DNA of 64,000 nucleotides from Candidatus Parcubacteria bacterium (GCA_963806325.1 CAWDXL010000002.1:250-64249); one strand, 5' to 3'. Shown: positions 46,146-55,542, counted from the first letter of the stretch. A program made the numbers and translations. Notes: generated from the sequence alone by a model not told the origin.

Positions 46146-46174
46146 ACTATATCATCTAAAACTAATTATGTAAA
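46146..46174 (-). promoter_or_regulatory. candidate promoter TTTACA-17-TATAGT reading toward the small ORF
   Basis: Minus strand: TTTACA (46174-46169), 17-nt spacer, TATAGT (46151-46146). Confidence 0.5.
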
Positions 46175-46185
46175 GTGTTTGTTGA

Positions 46186-46222
46186 ATATAAAAACAACCG
46201 CTCGGCATGAGCCGGGCGGTTG
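46186..46222 (-). terminator. rho-independent terminator of the 46259-46666 gene
   Basis: CAACCGCCCGGC-tcat-GCCGAGCGGTTG, followed on the minus strand by TTTTTATAT. Confidence 0.7.
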
Positions 46223-46258
46223 GGGTTAAAAAGATCAACACGACGTAACGAAGTTCTG

Positions 46259-46666
46259 CTACTTCTCTTTGAATTCGATCACGATCTCATCACAAAACTT
46301 GTTGACGTAGATTCTGTGTTGAAATGCGGGAAGAGGAGATTTGATTCCCGGTAACTCTGCTGAATACAGAAGCAGCATCTGGTCACTCGTAAGCCGAGTT
46401 GCCAGCGGGACATCCTGTATTTCACCCGGAACAATACATCTCTTGTCGCAGAACACGAGAATGGGTGCCGGTTGAGTCGTTGCCGTCCATGTTTCATCAA
46501 TGAACAGCGGCTGCGACGTCCTGTTGAGAATGAGGACGTGATCGGTGCACACTCGGCGCATTGCCCCGAGGGTAAGCCGCTCGGTGGCTGGAGAGGTGCA
46601 GCCAATAAGACCGGCGAAACAGAAAACGGTAACAATGACGCTCAAGAGACGAGGAACACAGCGCAT
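46259..46666 (-). CDS. hypothetical lipoprotein
   Basis: MRCVPRLLSVIVTVFCFAGLIGC lipobox. GGAGG lies upstream of ATG 46666, the internal Met of ORF 46259-46729. Confidence 0.55.
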   Translation of the reverse strand: MRCVPRLLSVIVTVFCFAGLIGCTSPATERLTLGAMRRVCTDHVLILNRTSQPLFIDETWTATTQPAPILVFCDKRCIVPGEIQDVPLATRLTSDQMLLLYSAELPGIKSPLPAFQHRIYVNKFCDEIVIEFKEK

Positions 46667-46817
46667 AGCAAGGCCTCCAAAAAAGTTCGGCGATTTCTTA
46701 AAAACATGATACACAACTTTGACGCTCATGTCAAGTTTTTTGAGTAAAAATAAGAGGTCTGGATCTTTTATGATTCAGACCTCTTTGTGTGATGTATATT
46801 GTGTGCTTGTCTCTACA

Positions 46818-47277
46818 TCAATCAGGGCACTTGCGTGCGCCGTAAGACTTAAGCCTCTCGACGATTTTTTGGATCTCGATATCCCAATGAAGACCGGCCC
46901 TGTTGTGGTCGGCTATTGATCCGCATATCATATACGGGGTGCTGTCACACTGTTTACGCCGGGCAGTAACCCATTCCTCATCAGAGGCGATATTGCTCAT
47001 CCAAAAATAATCTGAGGAAATGACTATCTGCTGTAATGCTTGATTGCGGATTGCTTCAGAAACTTTGTCCGGAATTTTTACGTATTCCCATGTAAATGTT
47101 GGAAATAATTGGCGGAGGCAAGAAAAGGGGATCGTATCCTAGAACTTCTGAAGCTACGAGAAAATCCTGGATAGTGACAAGAAGATCAAAACGATGGCAA
47201 GAAATAGGTTTAGGCGGATTACCTTCAAGAATAAGGAGATTTTCTTTCTGAATTGTCTGGTTATCAAATTTCGGCAT
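46818..47277 (-). pseudogene. hypothetical gene apparently split by one frameshift near 47100
   Basis: ORF 47056-47277 has GGAGAG upstream. Its frame-shifted continuation ...FTWEYVKIPDKVSEAIRNQALQQIVISSDYFW runs without a stop into ORF 46818-47000. Confidence 0.3.
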
Positions 47278-47604
47278 GTGGACTCTCCATAGTCTCGCGG
47301 ACTATCTCACGCATGGGTGTATATCCCTTGTAAGCCTTGGTGACAGGCTTTGTAAAAAAGAACGCAGGTACTCAAGACGTTGGAGAAGGAGTTTACTTAA
47401 TACTTAACATAATAGCAAAATGTAATTTTTTGAGTCTGGGATCATCTTCATATCCATGTTTGATGATGTTTTCTCAATCGTAGTAATTTTTCTTGTGCTT
47501 TCTCTAATTGCAGGTCTCGTTGTGATCGGTTGTATAATCGGATTTGCGACGGTGTTAATAGGATTTATTTTCTAAGATATAAAAAGGAGAATAAAATTCT
47601 ATAC

Positions 47605-48091
47605 CTATTTATGTGCAGCTAGGAAATTGTCAAGCTTGGCTAGCTGCTGTGTGAATCCAGCTTCCATGCCCTCGACAGCCATTCGGGCTGCAGATCCTGT
47701 TTCGTGTATAATCGCAACAATTTTCAATGCGGTCTTGCCATTTTTTTCGGTCAACGTTACCTCTGTGGTTTGACTGATCAGCGTATCATCTTTACTTTGC
47801 CCTTCCGTCCACGCTTTGGCGTCATATGAAAGTTTTGAATATGGTTCAACAGCAGTAAATTTTGCAAGCATTGGCCACCGTGTCCCCTTATATGGACCCA
47901 TTGCTTCTCCGGCTTCCATGACAATATAAAATTTGCCGCCCACGCGCAAGATCGACTTCGCAATCGGGGATAACAACATTATTGGGCCCCCACCACTGTT
48001 TAAGCAATTCGGGATCGGTCCAAGCATTCCAAACCATTTCGGAGGAAGCATCAAAAACTCGTTCTAATATCAATTCTTTTTTATTGTTCAT
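47605..48091 (-). pseudogene. SRPBCC/AHSA1-family protein with one frameshift
   Basis: ELILERVFDASSEMVWNAWTDPELLKQWWGP (47888-48091) continues in another frame as ...GGKFYIVMEAGEAMGPYKG...FTQQLAKLDNFL (47605-48054). Confidence 0.7.
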
Positions 48092-48335
48092 AATGTTTAT
48101 TTTTATCTAACGCTCAACCATGACGTTAATTTGGTTCGTCAATTGCATAAAATATATCTGTTATATGTGTTTTACGGCAGTAAGATACTTAAGTCAATAC
48201 TTAGATCAAAAGAAACCCCAACCTTTTTCGGTCGGGGTCATCATTTTGAATATTAAACGAAGAATAATCTTGAATTCAACTAGAAATGCTTGACACATCA
48301 ATTTATTATGCTAGTTTTATATTCAGTTTTTATGT

Positions 48336-48408
48336 ATGGGCGTAGCTCAATCGGCAGAGCACCAGACTGATGGTCTGGAGGTTCTAGGTTCAAGTCCTGG
48401 CGTCCATT
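48336..48408 (+). tRNA. tRNA-like gene, anticodon position reads GAU (Ile) but with atypical features
   Basis: The cloverleaf folds by hand: acceptor ATGGGCG/CGTCCAT with A1:U72 and one G-U pair; D arm GCTC-AATCGGCA-GAGC; anticodon arm CCAGA-CTGATGG-TCTGG; T arm CTAGG-TTCAAGT-CCTGG. G37 and a pairable C32-G38 are unusual. Confidence 0.6.
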
Positions 48409-48480
48409 TGTATATGTTCCACATGATGGTGATCCTGTGCCTTGCGGCCGTACACACCCTTGGCTCAGTGATTCTCGCTT

Positions 48481-48514
48481 GGCCGCTCGTACTGACAAAC
48501 GAGCGGCCTTTTAT
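48481..48514 (+). terminator. rho-independent terminator
   Basis: GGCCGCTCGT-actgacaa-ACGAGCGGCC followed by TTTTAT. Confidence 0.75.
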
Positions 48515-48541
48515 ACGCACAAAAATGGGGGGTATAAATTT

Positions 48542-48580
48542 GATATAAAAAAGAGCCGGTTTCAAATGAGAAACCGGCTC
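48542..48580 (-). terminator. rho-independent terminator (minus strand)
   Basis: GAGCCGGTTTC-tcattt-GAAACCGGCTC, followed on the minus strand by TTTTTTATATC. Confidence 0.65.
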
Positions 48581-49310
48581 CATGTTTGGGGCAACACGCC
48601 CGAGCGGTATTGAGGATGTGCAGACAATTGAATCCATTCGAATCCATTCTATTTCAGACGCACATCCCGAGGTACTAGCTGGGGGATGGTATATTCGAAA
48701 ACAAATAAAAAGCAAGCAGAACCCGTCATGTTGACTATATGTATATATGATGTTAGAGTGAAAAACTAAGATGTAATCCAAACCCAAAGGAGGCCTATTA
48801 TGGCTGGTGGTTCACAGTAAGACGCGGCGCGGCGATTCTTCTGACCTACGGACATGATATTTGTTCTTGCTTCTGCGAGACGACGGGACACCTGGAGCTA
48901 ATGCAGCGCTGCAGTGGGCAGTTACTGGAGGTATCGAGCCTGGGGAAAGTCCGATGAGACGATTGGTCGTGAGATACTGGAAGAGATAATCTTCCCAGAT
49001 GACAGTCTTGAGATTCTCGGCGCAACCGTTTCCAACACATCGTACATCGGTACCCTAGTGGACAGCAGGCCACGACTCCGGCAGGGCGAAGGCTGTGCCC
49101 GAGGATTCTTTCCTTCGATGCTCTCATCAGAGTCTGGCGAAGGTCGAAGGCGAGGATCATGTGGGAGTGCTATCCGGCACTTCATGCAAAACGCCCCCGA
49201 AGGAAATCCGCAAGCTCTCAGCTTCATGGCGCTCCGGCCTCACTTTTCACGAATGTCCGGTGTCTCACCGCTGCCAGTAACTTAAATCGAATTGTACCAA
49301 AGCAGTTCGT

Positions 49311-49338
49311 TGCCCGATGATGAGTCGGGCATTTTTTC
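49311..49338 (+). terminator. candidate terminator
   Basis: GCCCGA-tgatgag-TCGGGC followed by ATTTTTTCTT. Confidence 0.5.
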
Positions 49339-49390
49339 TTGTTCGAAAAATATTCAGGCATTTCCATAAAAAATTTGCTAAAATAGCTTC

Positions 49391-49641
49391 ATGACCAAAA
49401 AAGCAATTTCCAGCGGCGTAGTGCATACGGTGCCAGCGGATTTGCAAAAGCTATCACTCCTTCTGAAGTGATGGACATGGGAGATTACACCGCTCGCTCG
49501 CAATGAGTGGATTTGTCGATTATTTCAGTCAAAAAACCGGAGACAAGGGAGTATCATATCAAGCGCGCACGTGAGGGATCTTTATCAAAGGCAAACGCCG
49601 GCCGTGCTGCTGACGCCACTATGCCTCATCAGTTGAAATAA
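49391..49641 (+). pseudogene. YdeI/OmpD-associated family protein, multiply disrupted
   Basis: MTKKAISSGVVHTVPADLQK, ITPLARNEWIC, KKPETREYHIKRARE and GKRRPCC are family-typical pieces found in three different frames with stops between them. Confidence 0.6.
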
Positions 49642-49866
49642 AAAAGCCATGGGGCAAACTGCTTTGCGCACCATGACTTTTGATTCGCTGACTCTGTCTT
49701 TGTGGTCGGCGATACCCTGACCCTCGCCATTAGGCCGGGTAACGTGATCCAGCCACTCGTCAGATTTTCAGCAAATCTCATTCGGGCTCGCTGTAGTATA
49801 CATGAGCTTCGCCTTGATTCAAAATGAATTTAAATGTCTAATTTTGTACCAAGATTTTTACAATAG

Positions 49867-49914
49867 TATAAAAAGAAAGCCCCAGATGAAAGACTGGGTC
49901 TTTCATCTGGGGCT
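49867..49914 (-). terminator. orphan strong hairpin/terminator
   Basis: 17-bp perfect stem AGCCCCAGATGAAAGAC with a 3-nt loop, followed on the minus strand by TTCTTTTTATA. No intact gene lies immediately upstream. Confidence 0.5.
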
Positions 49915-50337
49915 GGGGCGAATCTAAACTATTCCTTTTTTGCAGCCCTCTGCACTTGCGCGATGAACTATTGCAGGCATTTTGTCCAAATCCGTCGCTC
50001 GTTGCTATCGGTGCATTGTTGTGCGTACTTGGCGTCGGATATGCTATCTGGGTGTGGTAACTATTTGTGAATAATCTATCGTTTACTCGCTAATACTAAA
50101 TATGGGGAGGGGCGGCTAACGGTCAAATTGATTACCAATAAATTCGAATTCTTGCTACAATAAAAAGCACGGTATAAGAGATGTTTTACAAATCTTGAAT
50201 CATTGCCCCGATTACAAGACCACATCCGTCCATAACCTTTAGGGTATTTCTAAAGGTCGAATTTAAAAATCAACCCGGTATTTAATTTATGGAAGAAAAG
50301 ATAAATTGTGAATATGATACGATTTTTGAACGATAGA

Positions 50338-50955
50338 TTATTTGCACAGAACTGTTTCAATGGGGAGACCAAAAAGAAAATTATTGCTCTTTGTTATCAT
50401 TGTAAAACTATTATGTGTGAGAATATCTTCCAAAAATATTGGCTTGCAGTCTATGATAGACGGAAACTGTGTATGAACCCATTCGTATAACCTTGCTATG
50501 GAATTTTGTTCAACAGTTTTTGATAGTGAAAGTATGCATATTCTTCCTGATGGTTTAAGAACTCGTCGGCATTCTTGTAACACAACATCAGCGTCTCTCT
50601 CACTAAATGTTTCTAAAACAAAACTCATAAAAATAGCGTCAAACATTTTTTCCGGATAGGGAAGGGCGAGAGCACTGCATTGTGATAGTTCAATAGATTT
50701 TTTTTCAGGAACTTTTTCTATTTTTTTCTCTGCGATTGCAAGCATATTTTTTGAAATGTCCACGCCAAAAGCTTTACCATTTCCTTCGATCAATTTTGAG
50801 ATATTAATAAGGGAACTGCCTGTTCCGCAGCCGATTTCAAGAATGTATTCTCCTGGTTGAGGAGCAAGCATCCCTAGTGCGCTGTCAGTGGCATTTTTCT
50901 CCCATCTTCCGGCAATAAGATCGTACCATCGGGCAAGATATGAATATACAAACAT
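50338..50955 (-). CDS. class I SAM-dependent methyltransferase
   Basis: Motif I ILEIGCGTGS and a post-I acidic residue (GVDIS). Confidence 0.8.
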   Translation of the reverse strand: MFVYSYLARWYDLIAGRWEKNATDSALGMLAPQPGEYILEIGCGTGSSLINISKLIEGNGKAFGVDISKNMLAIAEKKIEKVPEKKSIELSQCSALALPYPEKMFDAIFMSFVLETFSERDADVVLQECRRVLKPSGRICILSLSKTVEQNSIARLYEWVHTQFPSIIDCKPIFLEDILTHNSFTMITKSNNFLFGLPIETVLCK

Positions 50956-51025
50956 AATTAAGGTATTTTAATTGTAACCTGATATAATTTTACCATGGAT
51001 ACAAATGTATATGCTGGTCTGAAAG

Positions 51026-53362
51026 ATGAAGGATATTGATGGATTGCGTGAGCAGTATGGCTACAATGAATTGCCTGAATTTCATGAAAGTCTCATCCTG
51101 CTCTATTTAAAAAATTTTTGGGGACCGCTTGCATGGCTCATGGAATTAATGATTATTATTACTTTTGCGTCGGGTAATATAATTGAAGCGATTGTTATTG
51201 CTTGCCTTCTCTTGATAAATGCTGCTATCAACATTTATCAGCGCCGATCGGCAGATGTAGCTTTGTCCACCTTGCGTCAGGCTATACAGGTTGTCGCTCG
51301 CGTGAATCGAAGCGGTTCTTGGAAAGTGCTGCCCTCGCGTGAACTTTTGCCTGGTGATATCATTCGTCTTCGAGCTGGCGACATTGTACCGGCAGATGCG
51401 ATGATCATTGAAGGCAATTTAAGCGTTGATCTTTCCAGTCTGACAGGCGAGTCACTACCGCGGGAGATTGGCAATCAGGCTGAAGTCTATTCTGGCGGCA
51501 TTGTGAGGCGCGACGAGGCGACCGCTACGGTGACTATGATCGGCAAGCAGACTCAATATGGCAAAACAACGGAACTTCTTGAAATTGCCCATCCTCCGAC
51601 GCACATGGAGAAAGTTGTGTTCAGTATCATAAAATATTTTTTTGTACTCAATCTTGCTGTGGCAGCTGCCGTAATAATTTTTGGCTTTAGTGTCCATGCT
51701 CCAACGCTGCAGATTATAAATTTTGTCATTGTCTTACTCCTCATGTCGGTACCGGTGGCTTTTCCGACAATGTTTTCAGTGGCACAAACATACGGTGCGC
51801 TTCAGCTGAATAATCCCGATACTTCTGGCAAGGAAGGGGATGGTAAAAGAGTTTTAGTCCGTAGGCTGGCTGCGGTGCAGGAAGGTGCCATTATGGATAT
51901 CTTATGCAGCGATAAAACAGGCACATTGACGCAAAATCGCTTGAGTGTCGCGGAAATTACGCATTATGGCAGCAATAACGATAATCGTGTATTGATGCTC
52001 GCCGCTGCCTGTAGTGATGTAGCTGATGAAGATGCTATTGATCAGGCTATTTTTAAAAGAGCTGCTGAACTAAAGATTGTTATTCCGAAAAAAATAATTT
52101 TCCTTCCATTTGATTCGTTAACCAAACGTACACAGGCAGAAGTTGTGGAAGGAGATAAAAAAATAAAAATTGAAAAAGGTTTGGCCGACCTGTTGATCAG
52201 TCCTGATATATTTTTTGCAAAAGAAGCTCTTGAAGATGTGGCGAGTATGAGCGCCAAAGGGCTGCGCGTTTTAGCTATTATTACACATGAGATGTCCGCC
52301 CAGTCTGATACAAAGACAGAGTGTATCGGTCTGATTGGTTTGGATGATCCGATCCGTGAAGATGCTCCGGCACTTATTCAGGAGCTTGCAGAGCTTGGTG
52401 TGCGAGTCGTGATGATTACTGGAGACGGGCGTGTCACAGCACAGGCTGTGGCGCGGCAGCTTGGTTTACAAGGTGCTGTTTTCACTTCTGCTGATCTCAA
52501 GCAAAATCCACAAATTGCATGTAATGGTGCAGTATTTGCTGAAACCTATCCGGAAGATAAATTAACGATTATTCGAGCGTTGCAGAATGCGGGTCATGTT
52601 GTTGGTATGACAGGGGATGGGGTAAATGATGCACCCGCACTGCATCAAGCTGAAGTTGGCATTGCTGTATGTGATGCGACAGAAGTCGCAAAACAATCTG
52701 CAAGCTTTATCCTGACAAGTCCGGGGCTTGATGGAGTGCGCAGGGTTGTGACTGCCAGCCGGCGTGTATATATGCGCATCCGCACATGGGCTCTCAATAA
52801 GGTAATTAAATCCGTAGAGGTTCTTTTTGTTGCTACTATTATATTTTTAATAACGCATTCATATATTCTATCTCCGCTTCTGGCTGTTCTTCTTCTCTTA
52901 GCAAATGATTTTGTCACGATATCCATTGCTACTGATCACACTACGCCTCTTGCCCGTCCAGCTCGATGGGATATCCCGAATCTTATTATTGCGTCGGCTT
53001 ATTGTGCGCTGGTACCGATTGTGTTTGCCATGGCAATTTATTTCTATGCGGAGCATTTGGATTACTCGTTTGATGTAGTCAGAACGATTATGTACTGCAC
53101 CCTTATATTTTTAGGAAAAGCAACTTTGCTTGCTGTCCGAGCGTGGCCGTACGGGTGGAGTGTCCGTCCAAGCAAAATACTTGTCGAAGCATTGGCATTT
53201 TCTCTGATATTTACTTCTATCGTCTCTGGATTTGGAATATTTATCGCAGCTATGCCTCCGTTCTTCTTTATAATTATTACTCTATGTGCGATTGCAAGCT
53301 TTTTCCTCATTCAGATCATCAAGCAATTTCGCAGTGTTCGTGCTTTATTGGATATCAGGTAA
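51026..53362 (+). CDS. P-type ATPase, plasma-membrane proton-pump-like (type IIIA)
   Basis: DKTGTLT, MITGDG, GDGVNDAPAL, and an N-terminus YGYNELPE...FWGPLAWLMELMII typical of H+-ATPase-type pumps. 778 aa. Confidence 0.85.
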   Translation: MKDIDGLREQYGYNELPEFHESLILLYLKNFWGPLAWLMELMIIITFASGNIIEAIVIACLLLINAAINIYQRRSADVALSTLRQAIQVVARVNRSGSWKVLPSRELLPGDIIRLRAGDIVPADAMIIEGNLSVDLSSLTGESLPREIGNQAEVYSGGIVRRDEATATVTMIGKQTQYGKTTELLEIAHPPTHMEKVVFSIIKYFFVLNLAVAAAVIIFGFSVHAPTLQIINFVIVLLLMSVPVAFPTMFSVAQTYGALQLNNPDTSGKEGDGKRVLVRRLAAVQEGAIMDILCSDKTGTLTQNRLSVAEITHYGSNNDNRVLMLAAACSDVADEDAIDQAIFKRAAELKIVIPKKIIFLPFDSLTKRTQAEVVEGDKKIKIEKGLADLLISPDIFFAKEALEDVASMSAKGLRVLAIITHEMSAQSDTKTECIGLIGLDDPIREDAPALIQELAELGVRVVMITGDGRVTAQAVARQLGLQGAVFTSADLKQNPQIACNGAVFAETYPEDKLTIIRALQNAGHVVGMTGDGVNDAPALHQAEVGIAVCDATEVAKQSASFILTSPGLDGVRRVVTASRRVYMRIRTWALNKVIKSVEVLFVATIIFLITHSYILSPLLAVLLLLANDFVTISIATDHTTPLARPARWDIPNLIIASAYCALVPIVFAMAIYFYAEHLDYSFDVVRTIMYCTLIFLGKATLLAVRAWPYGWSVRPSKILVEALAFSLIFTSIVSGFGIFIAAMPPFFFIIITLCAIASFFLIQIIKQFRSVRALLDIR

Positions 53363-53384
53363 AACCTGATTTTTGCTACTATTT

Positions 53385-53564
53385 TCATCTATAAAAATGC
53401 ACAGCAATATACATTGCAAGCATCCCAAGGACGAAGCCTGCACATACCGTGACAACATCATGGAATGGTTTCCAGATGACTCCAAACCATGAGAGCGCGA
53501 GAATAATTACCCACACAACAGCAATCCCGATTATATATACATAGAGAGGTCTTTTATTTTGCAT
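53385..53564 (-). CDS. hypothetical small membrane protein (59 aa)
   Basis: Hand-found ORF MQNKRPLYVYIIGIAVVWVIILALSWFGVIWKPFHDVVTVCAGFVLGMLAMYIAVHFYR, with two TM helices. Confidence 0.4.
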   Translation of the reverse strand: MQNKRPLYVYIIGIAVVWVIILALSWFGVIWKPFHDVVTVCAGFVLGMLAMYIAVHFYR

Positions 53565-53994
53565 AGTCTCATTATACGCTCAATTGTTAAATAAGCTCCT
53601 AAACTCTGTTTGGGGTACGAAAAATAACCATTGAGAAATGAGGTTGAAAAAAGTGCTCTCGGGACTGTGCCAAGTTAGAACCGCTATTAAGAGTATTTAT
53701 AGTGGATATTTTACAGTAGTGAGGACATGGTAAATAAAAACTCCTGAATCTTGTTAGATCCAGGAGTAGCTTGTGCACCGTCGCCAGAGTTAATACGGAT
53801 CGTTGCCCCCAATCCCGCTGGCCTATTTGTCTATATAATGACAGGCGCCTTCTCGGCCGAGCCACCGTATTCAGAGAGTTTTACTGTCCTCTCAAAATTA
53901 GCAACTGCTGTCGGCTCTTTCGAACTTTACGGACTACCTATACCGCAACGAGTGTGCGCAAAGCTTTTGGTAATTTATCACTGTAAGATTGAAA

Positions 53995-54047
53995 GTCAAT
54001 GTCTGCTCGCGCTACGGTACGATTTTCGAACAATAGATTGGGTGGGG
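53995..54047 (+). repeat. left copy of the direct repeat bracketing the paralog cassette; also the coding tail of a recombinase remnant
   Basis: gtcaa..TGCTCGCGCTACGGTACGATTTTCGAACAATAGATTGGGTGGGG. Translated as LLALRYDFRTIDWVG. Confidence 0.8.
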
Positions 54048-54096
54048 GGGAATATGAGGTACAGACAATGGTAGTGGAAGAGACGGAGAAATTATT

Positions 54097-54133
54097 GAGA
54101 TAAAAGAACACCCGAGCTAATAACTCGGGTGTT
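54097..54133 (-). terminator. rho-independent terminator of paralog 1
   Basis: AACACCCGAG-ttattag-CTCGGGTGTT, followed on the minus strand by CTTTTATCTC. Confidence 0.65.
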
Positions 54134-54152
54134 TACTCCTTTCAAAAATATA

Positions 54153-55391
54153 CTAGGAAATTGTCAGGGCGCCACCAGGCAACTGATTCTCTGGCAGACG
54201 GTCTGCTCGTACAATTGTCGGACGTCGCCAGTTGATACGCGGAGCATCGGGATTGTCGCCGGTACCAGGGGCTCGGCACCACGTACCCCGACGGAAGTGG
54301 GTGCACTTCTCACCAAAGGCCCGCTGTCGTTCTTTCCCTTCAAGTCCGAATGCGACTCGCTCATCCGTCGTTAACGTAAACTGACTTGAGATGGTACAGA
54401 CTTCAGCTTCATTTGTTACGGCGTTTGGGGTCATTGCTGGGCCGTACTTCATGAATGGCTGCTGCCATTTTGAACAATGAGGGCTTCCGGCCGGCAGGGT
54501 CGTGAGATAGAGGCAGAAGCCAACAACAATCTCTCGAGAGCTCTCCGCGCATTTCATGATTGACGCAACAACATCGGGATCTTCGATGTGTTGCTTGTTT
54601 GCGATTGGCAGAGCGAGCTTATCGCCAGGAGTGCTGGCCACGTAATCTTTTAGATCGTAGTTGATCAGATCTAGAGGATTCCGCTCGTATGCCATTTCTT
54701 TGAGCAGAAATTCATTCCCTTCGATGGGAACTTTCCACCCAGCCCAACGGCATGGACGAAACTCATGATTGCGACGATGGAAGTTTCTGATCCGAGCGGC
54801 AGCTCTCTGATACTCTTTTTTCTCAAGCATCCTCCCAATCTTCACCTTCTCTTCCTTACTGAGCGGGCGTTGATTGTCGAGTTCAGCAGGAAGCAGCATT
54901 GTTTGGAACCACTTATGGCCGCCTTCATCTGTTTGTACGGAACAGAGCATACAGTCGTAGTGAAGCTTGTCGATATCGTTTATGGGAACACTCAAGGTTA
55001 CCGCAAACGAATCAAATGGAAACTTCACATCGCTCCAGCGCACTGATTCAAGAGATGTGTTCTGGAGAAGAGTCTGGAGCTCGGGAGTGAGGTGAAAGAC
55101 CCGTCGGGAATGCTTGCACCACTGGAAGAGTGATTGGGGAAAGTCATTTAACTGACCGAAGTCTCCGAACCACTCGTCTCGCACGTTGAATCGTGCCTTG
55201 TCGAACTCGGATGTTCGCGCCGAAAGCAAATGCTTGCGGAAATCCTGAAAGTGGAGCTGCCCACCTTCAAGAGGAAAGTTGAGCGGCCTTCCCATGATCT
55301 TGGCGAAACGGTAGCTCATTCGAGACGTGTAGCATTCGTCTTCCCATCTCACAAGTGCCTGCTCGATGCGTTTGACTTGATGCGACATCAA
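54153..55391 (-). CDS. orphan protein, paralog 1 (412 aa), unknown function
   Basis: Long intact ORF with AAAGGAG RBS, its own promoter and terminator. Shares blocks with the neighbouring gene: SRRVFxLxxxLQTL, TSLExV, FPFDSFA, CLYxxTLPA, and C-terminal HFRRGxWxRxPGxGxNPDA...WxRPT. Confidence 0.8.
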   Translation of the reverse strand: MMSHQVKRIEQALVRWEDECYTSRMSYRFAKIMGRPLNFPLEGGQLHFQDFRKHLLSARTSEFDKARFNVRDEWFGDFGQLNDFPQSLFQWCKHSRRVFHLTPELQTLLQNTSLESVRWSDVKFPFDSFAVTLSVPINDIDKLHYDCMLCSVQTDEGGHKWFQTMLLPAELDNQRPLSKEEKVKIGRMLEKKEYQRAAARIRNFHRRNHEFRPCRWAGWKVPIEGNEFLLKEMAYERNPLDLINYDLKDYVASTPGDKLALPIANKQHIEDPDVVASIMKCAESSREIVVGFCLYLTTLPAGSPHCSKWQQPFMKYGPAMTPNAVTNEAEVCTISSQFTLTTDERVAFGLEGKERQRAFGEKCTHFRRGTWCRAPGTGDNPDAPRINWRRPTIVRADRLPENQLPGGALTIS

Positions 55392-55427
55392 ATACTCCTT
55401 TCATTTTGGAACAAAAAACTGTTCAAT

Positions 55428-55456
55428 ACTTTATCATGGAAATAGTGACATGTAAA
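55428..55456 (-). promoter_or_regulatory. candidate promoter of paralog 1 (TTTACA-17-TAAAGT)
   Basis: Minus strand: TTTACA 55456-55451, TAAAGT 55433-55428. Confidence 0.45.
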
Positions 55457-55506
55457 GAAAGTATGTATAGCGAACACTTTGCGGTTGTGAGGGGTTGGTG
55501 AGATTT

Positions 55507-55542
55507 GTATAAAAAGAAAACCGCTGGGCGAACCATGCGGTT
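55507..55542 (-). terminator. rho-independent terminator of paralog 2
   Basis: AACCGC-12 nt-GCGGTT, followed on the minus strand by TTCTTTTTATAC. Confidence 0.55.

Noticed and set aside
48935-48960. RNase P RNA, because of GGGGAAAGTCCG resembling the CR-I GGAAAGUCCGG box
   Set aside because: The other universally conserved blocks (GGUAAGAGC region, ACAGAAnCCGGCUUA) are absent, and the 3' partner needed for P4 pairing is not present on the same strand.
53751-54074. 107-aa ORF on the plus strand as a genuine gene
   Set aside because: Only its last roughly 20-60 codons resemble anything, namely the recombinase C-terminal tail duplicated at 56941-57040. There is no RBS or start context. It is interpreted as a remnant.
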